Below the pieces are notes generated by a model. It was not told the DNA's origin and did not search any database. It saw only the letters and a program-made list of their open reading frames with translations. This document shows, in pieces, positions 41,210 through 53,713 of a stretch of DNA of 64,000 nucleotides; position 1 is the stretch's first letter, and each line of letters begins with the position of its first letter. The translations under genes and the position numbers were made by a program. The stretch is from Daphnia carinata (taxonomy: Eukaryota): positions 1,302,001-1,366,000 of the forward strand of contig NC_081332.1 of the NCBI RefSeq assembly GCF_022539665.2, written 5' to 3'.

Positions 41210-42385
41210 TTAGAAACGCTCGTCTTTGTTATATCCTGAGGGTTCCTCGTAGTAATCGGGTTGCGGTGCTGGAACATTCGACTTTGTCGAACTGCTCCGC
41301 GATCGAGTTGGGGCAAGTCTTCCGTTAATTGGAATTAAATTGCGTCTACTCAACTCTTGTCGCAGCTCCTCCAGGAACTGGTGCTGCATGTGCTCGCCCA
41401 GCCGACGTTCCAGTTCCTCCCTGGACATCATTTTCAATTGTTCCATGAAAGGTCCTCTGCTCATATTCGTCGACTCCTTTTCTGCCTCTTTTTCTTCTTC
41501 TTGTTCTGAAGATGAAATTTGGACATCAGCTGGCTGTTCTTGCATCCCAACCATCGGATACATCTGTTCCGGCTGGACAGGTTCCATATCCATCATCCCG
41601 CTGATGCTGGGCGCTGTTTGTTCATAAACCACGTCAGGTTGATAATGAATCTCTCTCACCTTTAGATCCCCAATTTTTTTAATTCAAATTTTTTAAATTG
41701 AAAATTGTGAGGTGTGTACCTTGGGCCGTTTCATGCCCATTGATATGAGGATAACTAAAGTTAATGCCAGGACGAAATTAACTCCGCTGATCACAGCGAC
41801 TCCTATTTCCAAATCAAACCACAGCGAGCAGTTGATGCTAGTGTTTGATGTACACGGATGTTGGGCATCGTCGGAGCCGATCCGCGATGATTCCATGGCA
41901 GTGACGGCCGTGGAACCGATGGCCCCGATAGCGGCCATTACGTTCATAAAGACACTGAATCCCAATCTGAATACGAATCAAAACGACGTCAATAATAAAA
42001 AAAAAATAGACGTTAAAAATGGATGATGATGGATTGTGTTTGTTACGTGGATGAGGAACGTTTGGAAGAGACGCAGCAAAGGCAAAGAATGCCGGTCAAG
42101 AGGCAAACAGCGCCGCTGGCCATGGCCATCCCGTTGCAAACGAGGAAGAACTCGTACGAGTCAGCGGCGTCTCCGAACGTGATGAATACGTACGTCTGCA
42201 CATGTGAAAACAAATGAATAATCATTGGATTTGAGGTGTTTGAAATAGTACACAGGTACCTGAATGGCTACAACAGCAGCGCCTGTGAGGGCCATCAAAA
42301 CGGACGGGACGTTGGCACTGTCCGTCGTTGGTTTTCGATGCCCATGTCCAGGTGATTTGTCGTGATTGTCACCAATGTCCGACAT
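41210..42385 (-). CDS. Four-TM protein, CD20/MS4A-like, paralog B (long acidic C-tail)
   Basis: Four exons: ..VLMALTGAAVVAIQ | TYVFITF..GMAMASGAVCLLTGIL | ..TAMES..DAQHPC..C.LWFDLEIGVAVISG.. | cytoplasmic tail. Confidence 0.75.
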
Positions 42386-42788
42386 GTTTTGACCTTCAAC
42401 GTTTGAGAACAAAGACGGTCCACTTCCTTATTTGAAACTGCGCGTATTGAAATGCTAAATCGAACTAGGTTCGATTGCGCCAACTGACGGACAGACCACC
42501 AGCCATAAGGACGTCGAACGATGATATCCCCGATGTCACGATAAAATAGGTGGAAAATGTCCTGAACTGATAATAAGAAACAAGGTTCGAGACTGCGTGA
42601 GTCTGATAAAAACTAGATGTTTACATTGATGCTGATAACAAACGATTACAAACACATTATCAGTTCATATAGTCTCATGCATCGTGCCAATCTGCTTCCC
42701 ATCTTAAAAAAATAAATGACACATTCAAATGATGATGACAAAAACGATTTTTATTTTCTGTCCAAAAATCAATAGGGGGAAAGAAATT

Positions 42789-44221
42789 TTAATAGCGATA
42801 AAGGCTGCTGTTGTTGGTGGATGGTTTGGACGGGACGGGCGGAGCTGGAGCGCGTTGCCTTTGATTGTGCAGCACTTGCAATCGTCCTCGATTCGTTTGG
42901 CTGTGCAGAGGCACTTCGGGAGCGACGCGTTGAGGCGGGCGGTATTGCAAAGTGGGCGATGTCTTTGGCGATGGTTTGACGGCCGCCTGCTGGGCCATTT
43001 GCTGTTGCAACGACAATTGCTGCAAGTGATAGCTGTACTGCGGATTCAAATCCTGGTACGAATGTCGGCTAGGCTCGGGCGATCTCGGCTTGCTGGGCAA
43101 GTTGTTGTTGTAGGCGCTGTACGGCCCGTCCTCTCCCTTCACTTGCGGCTTGTTGTTGTTGTTGATGCGCACGATGGGCTGTTGCGGCTCCATGGCCGGT
43201 GAGTGATACGGTGTCACGTGATGCTCGTGTTTGTCGGCATGTTTGCCACCCGAGAGGCCCATAAAGATCACGCAGCCGATGAAAATGTACTCGCCAAATG
43301 CCAGTCCGCTCAAGACGGACACGGTCACTTCCAGGGCCAGCCAATTGGTGCCTTTTTTGAAAATTGTATTTCATTATTAATCAATTATATTGATTGAATT
43401 GTGTTCATACAAATGAGAGGCGTGGGCACTGATGTGTTTGTTTGCGAATCGGATGATGCGCTGCACGGATGTTGCGAGTCCGTGTTGACGGGCGTGTTGA
43501 GCCAATCGGCTTCCAGGGCCGTCAGAACGGTAGACGCTGCAGCCGCACCTGCTCCCACGACGGCCAATATCATCCCCCATAAAAGCCTGTTATGTCCACA
43601 CACAATTTTGAAACAAGAAAATGGCATTCGTTGTTAACACTAAAGGATACAGTTAGAAATAGCCTATAGCGTTTGCGTTGAATGTTGCACTTGTCTCTTA
43701 TTGACGAGATTACGAATGTTGGACTCGTTTTTGAGGACGCCAAGATAAAAACGTACAGTGCCACTCGCTAACGGTTTCCGTTTGCCCGAAAACCTGATGA
43801 GCAACTACACGTCCGATCTTATTCCAATTGGAATCAAACAAAAACTAAACGTTCCAAAAGGTGTTCAACTGAACAATTCAATTCATCTAAAGGTTATTTA
43901 CATTTTGGTAGTTGTCTCTTCGGTGAAGGCGACGATGTAAAAAATGCCAAAGAACAAAGAGGCAGCGCTGTTGGCCAGGGCCATTCCGGTGTAGGCATTG
44001 CTCCAGCTCGTGCTGTCCGTCCCTTCGCCGTACACTTGGCTGTAATAGCCAAACACGTACAACTGCGCGGGTAAACATCAATCGAACGTGTCAAATCAAA
44101 TGAATGCCTGAATGAGTTTTGAAAATAAATACAACACCTGCATGCCGAGGATAAACAGACCCCAAACAGTCAAACAAATGGCCCCGATCAGCCCCATTTT
44201 CTTGTTCAATTTCGGATACAT
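42789..44221 (-). CDS. Four-TM protein, CD20/MS4A-like, paralog A (Pro/Gln-rich C-tail)
   Basis: Four exons: MYPKLNKKMGLIGAICLTVWGLFILGMQ | LYVFGYY..GMALANSAASLFFGIF | ..TALEA..DSQHPC..PLI | CTNWLALEVTVSVLSG... Motifs and the first two intron positions match paralog B. Confidence 0.75.
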
Positions 44222-47200
44222 GGCCAAATTCGGTCAGTTCGGCTTGTTACGACCTCAACTTGTCAATGACTAATGTCCTAGGTATGGACATTACGCTTTT
44301 TTTACGTTATCATAACGTTAAAACAAAAGCAAAATGGAGCTTAGTACGATGCAGACGGCCTACTATCATCGCAACAAGATGGAAGCTGTTCCACATGTTT
44401 TGTAATGATAACCGTCACTCCTTGTCTATCGCATTACAGCCCTAAAAAAAAAAAAAAAAAAATAGATAAAGGCTATATAGGGTAGTGACGTTATCTGTTT
44501 TATCATTCACGTTGTCCCGACATTATATTTTCACGAGTGTTTAATTTTTGACATTTAAAATAAACGTGGGACTAAGCGCTGATGTCACTGCATCCGGAAT
44601 TATCGTGCGTGTAGAACCCAAGAAATGAGTAATAATTGCGTGTGTGTGTGTTGCGCAAAACTAAACGAAAAGCGAAATAGGGGACAGTTGCGTATCTTGC
44701 AGCGAGTGGCCAGCCCGACGGGCGTGAATGCGACTACATAGCGCACCTGTTGCATTCTGCACGGCCAAATAGAAAAATCCCGTTTTCTTATTATTTTATC
44801 CCGTACGTAATCGATTGACTTGGCGTTTGAACCTTTGCATATTCAGCGTTTCTATAACGCCGTAAACGCAATCGTTCACCTTGCGTGTCCGTCGACCACA
44901 CGCCGGGCCATAATAAACAATTCTTTTCCCTTTAAATATATACACGAACACACCCTTTTTTTTCTTTTATTTCGCTTCTTTTTATAAAAGAAAAAACTCT
45001 CGTTCGAATAGAAATTTTGATCGTGCGATCGTATTCACTGATTCGGCAGCATTTTTTCAAAACAAAAACGAATAACAATCCTACGGCGTTATTCGGCCGT
45101 CCATCAAGGTGGAAAAAGCCTTTTTTTTTTTTTTCTTGAAAATGCACTGGCGAAAGGAAGTCGCACCATTTGTGCGTCGAGTGCCATCTTCTTTCATTGC
45201 TTTTTCCCCGCCGGCTATTTTTCAACTCGTTTTTCTTTTGGTCCTCTTCCATCGTGCGTGATTAGCGCTCGTTTGTTTTTATTTCGGTCAAAGAATGACG
45301 TCGCGGACAAAATGCGAAAAACAAAAGACGACACCTAAATGAACTTTATGCATTTCATTAATTTAAATAAATGATGCGACAATAGAAACTTTCTTTTTCG
45401 TTTTTATTTGTTTTGTTTTTTTTGGCGACCGTGAACCCTCCGACAAGTCCATGTGTGTCCATGACTTTCATTCTTCTTTTTTTTTAAAAAAAAAAGGGAA
45501 ATGTTGTTCCCACACTCTCGCCCTGGAGGGGGCAAAAGGAAATACTTTTCTACGACTATAAGAAAATTAAAAAAAAAAAAAAAAACACTTAAAAAAAATA
45601 AAACACACGCTGCGCTGCCGTGAATACTGATATATACATGGTGTGTTAACCCCTTACAGGTCGTCTGTGTTTGGACGCAAGGGGGAAACAAAATATATCG
45701 ACGTAGACGGCGGACCTATGAACACATTTTCATCCGGCCGGAGCAAGCGGTTCATTTTTTTTTTTTTTTTATGTGCACGGACCCTCGTGACAAATGACCG
45801 CAGTTCCGGGCCGCGTGATTTCCTTCGACAGTGTGGGGTTGAAAGATGGTCAAACTCTGATAAAAAAAAAAAAAAACAACTAAAGAGAAATTTAACGAGT
45901 ACTTGACTGTGTTTGTGACCTGAACGCCCGACTCGATAATTGGTGCCGTAAAAACGCGCATTAAAAAATTGAGAAAGAAACGTGCAAGAGGTGGGAAATG
46001 CAAGTTGATTACACAAAGCCGATAGCGCCAAAAGGAAGGATTATTTCGAATGTTTTATTTTTAGGAACCCCCAGGTCCACCATCACGAAAAATATTTCTC
46101 GAATCAATTGCATTTCAGCGAAAGTTATTGCGACATTCAAATCAACGCGCATTTTCTTTTTAAAAAATCGTCTCGCCGCCATTTTCGCAGGTGTTTCACA
46201 TTTTTTTGAAACCATTATCAAGGATCTTGGCCTTGTGGCGATCGTTAGTACAGCCTTGCCAAAATGGGAGGTCAGTTAAGTTTCATCTCTACACGCGTAG
46301 ATATACAAAACGCGCACCGTGACGTTACGAAAGGCCCCACAAGGTTGGCATAATCTTCGCATTGTCCATCTCTTTTTTATTTTAAAAAAGACTGGCGAAA
46401 ATGGCCCGAAAGCAAGTGGTGTAAACGAAGCGAAGAACTTGAATTATGTTTGTTAACAAACTACACTTTGTTTATGACGGGATAGAAGCGACGCTCTTTC
46501 GAAAATGAGCTTAACAGCTTTTCTTTTTTCTAAAATATAAAAAATGATGGCAGATCATTTACAATGTTTAGAGATCTCTAGTCAGGTAGAAAGAAATTTT
46601 AGTTCGTTTCATTTTTTTTTTTTTTTTCGCTAAATAAATGGCGCAATTTACGACCTCTTCTTCTATTTCCTGCTACGCGCATAAGAGCAATTGTGTATCA
46701 CGCAGAACGTTAGTATTTTTTTTTTTTAAACAGATAGACACTGTCTGGCAAACCGAAAATTTTGTGTCTGTAAAAAAGAAAAATTCTTGAATTGATGATC
46801 CGCAAATGCGCTTGATTTTTTTTAAGGACGGCGCCGGAGAACCTACAAAATGAAATGTTTTTAAACGAAGAAGGAGGAAACCTGTTGGATGATTATCACA
46901 ATAGAGAAGACAGACAGAAAAAATAAAAGAGGACGTGCACACAAGTTCAACAGACGTGATTGCGTAGGTCGGCGGGAGACGAACGTCCGTATCGGTACTC
47001 GAGAAACTCCATTAACAGGAGAAAAAACAATCTGATGCATTTGAGTCAATCGCGCATTAAAAATTGAAACTTGTTTGGATTTTGAAGTCCGTCAAAGATG
47101 GCATCCATCATCGTCGGAATTTCCCGAATTATTTGATTCGACATTCGAATTTCTTTTGTCGTCTGAAAAAACGAATAGTCTTTTCAAGATTTCGGCTAGG

Positions 47201-50105
47201 AATTTAAATGCTATTAGATCCGGCATATTAATGCAATCAGTTTTCATGGGCAGCACTTAAAGAATAGACTTAGATAATGCGCCAGCTTATAGAATCCAGC
47301 ACGAGCCCGCGATATTTCAAATTGCTTTTGTTTTTCTTCTCGATGCCTCTGAAACACATTATTTTTTTTTTTTTTTTATGCCATAAGAGGTATGTACTAA
47401 CGGTAAAAACATATAAGGATGCTGCTTAGCCATCTTTCTCTTCACTGCGGGATTTTTTTTTTTTTTTCCAGAAGTTTATTGCACACAAGAGCTATTTCCT
47501 GCCCGCTTTGGTCTTTACTGATTTATTCTTCTTCGTGCTGATCCTTTAGGCTATAAGATTCATACGTATTATACAAGTCAAGGAACAAGAAATGGCGGCG
47601 TTCTATAGTTTTTCTTTTGGTCTGGTCGTGCAGCGGTTGACGGCCGCCAAAAATTCCACCTTTGGTTCGGTGGGGTTACAACTAAACATCTCCATGGGTA
47701 TTCTCAATCTCTTGCCCATTCTTCACGGCGTCCGAGAAGACACAACGTCTCTCTTGTCCGCCCAGGTCTCCACTTACAGCCACATGTGCAGCTTTTTTAG
47801 AAATATGCTAGACACAAGAGATAGTCATTTGCATTTTAGACACTTTAGGGAGAAGGAACAACATTTAAACGTTTCTTTACCTATCGCCTATTGGTGGCTC
47901 GTCGTCAAGTGCGGTTCAAGTTGGCCATGATTGTGCATTACAAGCCGTACGCGTTTATTTTTCTTAAACGAATGCCTGAGATTTTTGAATGCGTGGCTAT
48001 CTAAATTCTATTAGGTATCTCTCTGTACAACATTGCTTTTGGCATCATAATGAGTCAGACGTACAGAGAAGGTGAATCGTCGGATAGAGGTAGACGGACC
48101 GGTTGGCTCTAATGGACGAGGAAAGTAGGGATAAGCACGGGAGAAAATGCTACATGTTTTCAAGGCCAAGTCGGTAATGACACAGCTAATTGGAGAATTG
48201 AATATTGAAACAAGGTATACTGGTACTAAAGGCACAGGACGTACGTGAAAAAGACTCTTCTCTTTCCTATTTTTAACGAATCGAAGAGTTGATTGCTTGA
48301 CTCAAAAGAGAAATAAAAGACAAAGGAGATTTAATTCTGTTTGGGTTCTCATTACTTTTTGTTTTCATTAAGGACCTAACGAAAGCCAAAGGTTTTGTTC
48401 ACAGATGGAGGCTTAACTATTTGTTTTTTTTTTTTGCTTTGCGTGAATGCAGTATCAAACAGGAGGAAAGTCGGTAGAAAAATAATTGTCATTGATGGAT
48501 TGAATTTATTTCGTGTTCAAACAAGAAGAGGAAAAACTAAAAAGGAGTTTTTTGGACATTTAACCACTTCCGTTTTTTGGCCCGACTATTTCAGTCGATA
48601 GATGGCATTGGGCTTTAATAGTGGTCGATGATTAATGATAGATGGCACCACTTCTTGCAGCAGTCGATGTTCGATGATGAAATGGAGCTAAACAAAAAAT
48701 AATTTAAAACCATTTCATTGAAGTCGAGGATTAAGATCAAATTTAAAGGCGTTCTTGTCAGAAATGGTACTTAAAAGGAAATTCATGTATATAATATGGA
48801 GCTTAGTTGAAGGTGACTCAACAGACAATATGATTTGACTAAAGGAAAAAAAAATCGGAAACCATGCTTGCATGCGTATTCGATCATGCTAAACCGTGCA
48901 TTTGATTTTTGATAAAACTGGAACCGTTTCCAGTATGGGTAAGCCCTAATTTTTTTCCCCCTTCTGAATCCTCGTTCTAGTGGCAACCCCTTGAGCTGTT
49001 TGGTTCTAGATGAGTTCAAATTTTGATTTTTAAGCAGCAATATCACAAAATTTTTAACCAGTAATACCAGTTAATCCAGAGAGTAACCATCACTTCCTTT
49101 TAATATTTCAGGTGAAAATGAAGCTCACCTATACAGGCTGTGTTGTGGGGAATCACAATTAACCAGGTTTCTGATGTTGACTGCAATTTTAACCTGTGGC
49201 AGGAATCCATATTCTTGATGTAAGTGGCTTTATCTTTTCATTCAGGTCTTCAACATTTTCTCGTCTGTGTTAATAAGATTTCCTTGAGATGACATTCATT
49301 TAGTACTATATGGCACAGCAATAAGTTATTAATTGGTTTATGGCTGCACATGCTTCATCTATCACCTGATAAATTTGGTTTAAATCAACCATAAATCTAA
49401 AGTAGTTGGATATGTTTCCTATTCAATCCATTTATTTGCATGGTGAAGAACTGTACATAATTCATAAAAAAAAGGTATAGCAAAACATTTGATTCAAAAA
49501 ACATATTTCATTCCAGTTTTTATCTTGAATCATTTGACTAAGAGCTTGTTTACATTGTCTTGGTATATGTTTTTGTGAATCATGCTACATTCACTGTTTT
49601 CAGAGACATGGCTAATGTTTAAAAATTCCTTTAATCTCTGTTTATCTTTAGACCTACTGGGCCATTCAATTACTTGGTAGTTTTTATAGCTCTATTCAAA
49701 ATTTATCAAGTTATATTTGCATACGACCCTTAAGCAACAATGGTCAGGTAGAATATTTTTAAACGATATTTACAACAATTTTGTGTTGGTTTAATGGGCG
49801 CACTTATAATTAATTATGTTCGCGTGTGTTCAGCACACACACGAATATTTACTATGAGGACATGCATTCTATTTAGTTGTGCCAATACTTGTGAAAGGTC
49901 CCAAAGTCTAATCTCGAGTGTAAATATTTGTAATAGACAGTATCTGCTATCACTGCCTGGCTCTCATAGCCCTTTTGCAATTACTGTGTGAATTTGCAGT
50001 CTGCATATGTTTAAAGAACCTGTTTAAACAAAAAAATTTATTGGATCGCTTTTATTTGCTAGACCCTCATAACCATTTGGGGAAATTATCGTCGACGTGG
50101 AGGGG

Positions 50106-50112
50106 TATAAAA
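50106..50112 (+). promoter_or_regulatory. TATA box of peptide precursor gene (same motif at 52864, 56940, 61943)
   Basis: TATAAAAGCGCATCGGTAA is conserved in all four complete copies, ~30 nt before an initiator-like TCAGCT (TCGGCT in copy 5) and 70-80 nt before the ATG. Confidence 0.8.
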
Positions 50113-50183
50113 GCGCATCGGTAACACATGCAAAATCATCAGCTACATCTCGTCGCTTCCCCTGTTCTCACCAGATATTCAAA

Positions 50184-50955
50184 ATGCGTTCGCAGTCAAC
50201 TTGTGGGTAAGTCTGCTAATTCCTTCTTTGTCTTCAAATAATTGAATTGCTCTTTAAAAAATTGTATCTGAAAGAGAAAAATTGAAACCACAGTGTAAAT
50301 GTATTCCAATCAGATTTTTAGCCCTGGTCGTTCTCGGTTGCGTATTACCGAGCATCTTGGCCGCTCCGTCGATTGCCGCAGCCGGTCATGAAGAAAATGG
50401 GCTGGAGCTTAATAATGGCAGAAACGATCCGAATGAAAATCGGGATAGCCTGGCAGTCGCATCAAAGTTGGTTCAGGTGCGTTGAAATCTTTGTCATTTT
50501 GTCTTGCAAATTTGGCAGTTATTAATTGATTAGTTTGAATTTAGTTAATGGATGGGGAGTTAAAAATTTTTTTTATGTGTAGACATTGATAATTCCTTAA
50601 ATTTCGACAGGCATACGGTAGCGATATTGCAAAGGTAGCAGCACGCGTGTGTGATAGATTAGCCTACGGAGAGACCATTGACAAGGGTAAGAATTAAGCT
50701 CAACTCGTTAACAGGATCTGAATTTCCTCATTCTTATAATAATTCGTTATAAAAGTAATGCTGGAAATAGCTAAAGAAGAGGGCATGGATAAAATTGACA
50801 TGAAACAAGTCCGTGAGATGATTGAGGTAATAGAAAACAAAAAAATATTTTCGTTATTTAAAATCCATAACCTGTATGGCCAATTTCAGAAATTTGGCTG
50901 TTCGGCAACCAAATGGACCTGCCTGCTCTGGGGAGCCGTATGCTGGGGTCGTTAA
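50184..50955 (+). CDS. Secreted two-module peptide precursor, copy 1 (type A, 132 aa)
   Basis: Exons 50184-50206, 50314-50476, 50611-50686, 50756-50826, 50890-50955: MRSQSTCGFLALVVLGCVLPSILAAPSIAAAGHEENGLELNNGRNDPNENRDSLAVASKLVQAYGSDIAKVAARVCDRLAYGETIDKVMLEIAKEEGMDKIDMKQVREMIEKFGCSATKWTCLLWGAVCWGR*. Confidence 0.85.
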
Positions 50956-52941
50956 ATTTAAATAACAACTGGTTGGAATTTCAAGACGGAAGCTGCTAAT
51001 CGACACCATTATGTTTTGATTGATAATCAATAAAAAGAGAATTTGCAAAATCAATAGTGTGTTATGTTTACAATTATTAGTTCTGCAACTTGGCGATTTA
51101 CTTTGTTTCGTACTTACAAAATCCATTTCGATTTATACGGGACCGAGGACCTAATTATAGCCAAAGGTTTCGTTCGGAGATGGAGGTTTAAATATTGTTT
51201 TTACTTTGCGAAAATGCAGTATCAAACAGGAGGAAAGTCGGTAGAAAAATAATTGTCATTGATGGATTGAATTTATTTCGTGTTCAAACAAGAAGAGGAA
51301 AAACTAAAAAGGAGTTTTTTGGACATTTAACCACTTCCGTTTTTTGGCCCGACTATTTCAGTCAATAGATGGCACTGAGCTTTAATAGTGGTCGATGATT
51401 AATGATAGATGGCACCACTTCTTGCAGCAGTCGATGTTCGATGATGAAATGGAGCTAAACAAAAAATAATTTAAAACCATTTCATTGAAGTCGAGGATTA
51501 AGATCAAATTTAAAGGCGTTCTTGTCAGAAATGGTACTTAAAAGGAAATTCATGTATATAATATGGAGCTTAGTTGAAGGTGACTCAACAGACAATATTT
51601 GATTTGACTAAAGGAAAAAAAAATCGGAAACCATGCTTGCATGCGTATTCGATCATGCTAAACCGTGCATTTGATTTTTGATAAAACTGGAACCGTTTCC
51701 AGTATGGGTAAGCCCTAATTTTTTTCCCCCTTCTGAATCCTCGTTCTAGTGGCAACCCCTTGAGCTGTTTGGTTCTAGATGAGTTCAAATTTTGATTTTT
51801 AAGCAGCAATATCACAAAATTTTTAACCAGTAATACCAGTTAATCCAGAGAGTAACCATCACTTCCTTTTAATATTTCAGGTGAAAATGAAGCTCACCTA
51901 TACAGGCTGTGTTGTGGGGAATCACAATTAACCAGGTTTCTGATGTTGACTGCAATTTTAACCTGTGGCAGGAATCCATATTCTTGATGTAAGTGGCTTT
52001 ATCTTTTCATTCAGGTCTTCAACATTTTCTCGTCTGTGTTAATAAGATTTCCTTGAGATGACATTCATTTAGTACTATATGGTACAGCAATAAGTTATTA
52101 ATTGGTTTATGGCTGCACATGCTTCATCTATCACCTGATAAATTTGGTTTAAATCAACCATAAATCTAAAGTAGTTGGATATGTTTCCTATTCAATCCAT
52201 TTATTTGCATGGTGAAGAACTGTACATAATTCATAAAAAAAAGGTATAGCAAAACATTTGATTCAAAAAACATATTTCATTCCAGTTTTTATCTTGAATC
52301 ATTTGACTAAGAGCTTGTTTACATTGTCTTGGTATATGTTTTTGTGAATCATGCTACATTCACTGTTTTCAGAGACATGGCTAATGTTTAAAAATTCCTT
52401 TCATCTCTGTTTATCTTTAGACCTACTGAGCCATTCAATTACTTGGTAGTTTTTATAGCTCTATTCAAAATTTATCAAGTTCTATTTGCATACGACCCTT
52501 AAGCAACAATGGTCAGGTAGAATATTTTTAAACGATATTTAGAACAATTGTGTTGGTTTAATGGGCGCAATTCATATTCGTGTGTGTTCAGCACAGACAC
52601 GAATATTTACTATGAGGACATGCATTCTATTTAGTTGTGCCAATACTTGTGAAAGGTCCCAAAGTCTAATCTCGAGTGTAAATATTTGTAATAGACAGTA
52701 TCTGCTATCACTGCCTGGCTCTCATAGCCCTTTTGCAATTACTGTGTGAATTTGCAGTCTGCATATGTTTAAAGAACCTGTTTAAACAAAAAAATTTATT
52801 GGATCGCTTTTATTTGCTAGACCCTCATAACCATTTGGGGAAATTATCGTCGACGTGGAGGGGTATAAAAGCGCATCGGTAACACATGCAAAATCATCAG
52901 CTACATCTCGTCGCTTCCCCTGTTCTCACCAGATATTCAAA

Positions 52942-53713
52942 ATGCGTTCGCAATCAACTTGTGGGTAAGTCTGCTAATTCCTTCTTTGTCTCCAAATAAT
53001 TGAATTGCTCTTTAAAAAATTGTATCTGAAAGAGAAAAATTGAAACCACAGTGTAAATGTATTCCAATCAGATTTTTAGCCCTGGTCGTTCTCGGTTGCG
53101 TATTGCCGAGCATCTTGGCCGCTCCGTCGATTGCCGCAGCCGTTCATGAAGAAAATGGGCTGGAGCTTAATAATGGCAGAAACGATCGGAATGAAAATCG
53201 GGATAGCCTGGCAGTCGCATCAAAGTTGGTTCAGGTGCGTTGAAATCTTTGTCATTTTGTCTTGCAAATTTGGCAGTTATTAATTGATTAGTTTGAATTT
53301 AGTTAATGGATGGGGAGTTAAAATTTTTTTTTATATGTAGACATTGATAATTCCTTAAATTTCGACAGGCATACGGTAGCGATATTGCAAAGGTAGCAGC
53401 ACGCGTGTGTGATAGATTAGCCCACGGAGAGACCATTGACAAGGGTAAGAATTAAGCTCAACTCGTTAATAGGATCTGAATTTCCTCATTCTTATAATAA
53501 TTCGTTATAAAAGTAATGCTGGAAATAGCTAAAGAAGAGGGCATGGATAAAATTGACATGAAGCAAGTCCGTGAGATGATTGAGGTAATAGAAAACAAAA
53601 AAATATTTTCGTTATTTAAAATCCATAACCTGTATGGCCAATTTCAGAAATTTGGATGTTCGGCAACCAAATGGACCTGCCTGCTCTGGGGAGCCGTATG
53701 CTGGGGTCGTTAA
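52942..53713 (+). CDS. Secreted two-module peptide precursor, copy 2 (type A)
   Basis: Same five exons as copy 1, with three replacements seen (G>V, P>R, Y>H) plus several silent changes. Confidence 0.85.

Noticed and set aside
44300..48300. Short ORFs and GC-richer patches (47590-48240)
   Set aside because: No recognisable product, repeat termini or RNA structure that I can support.
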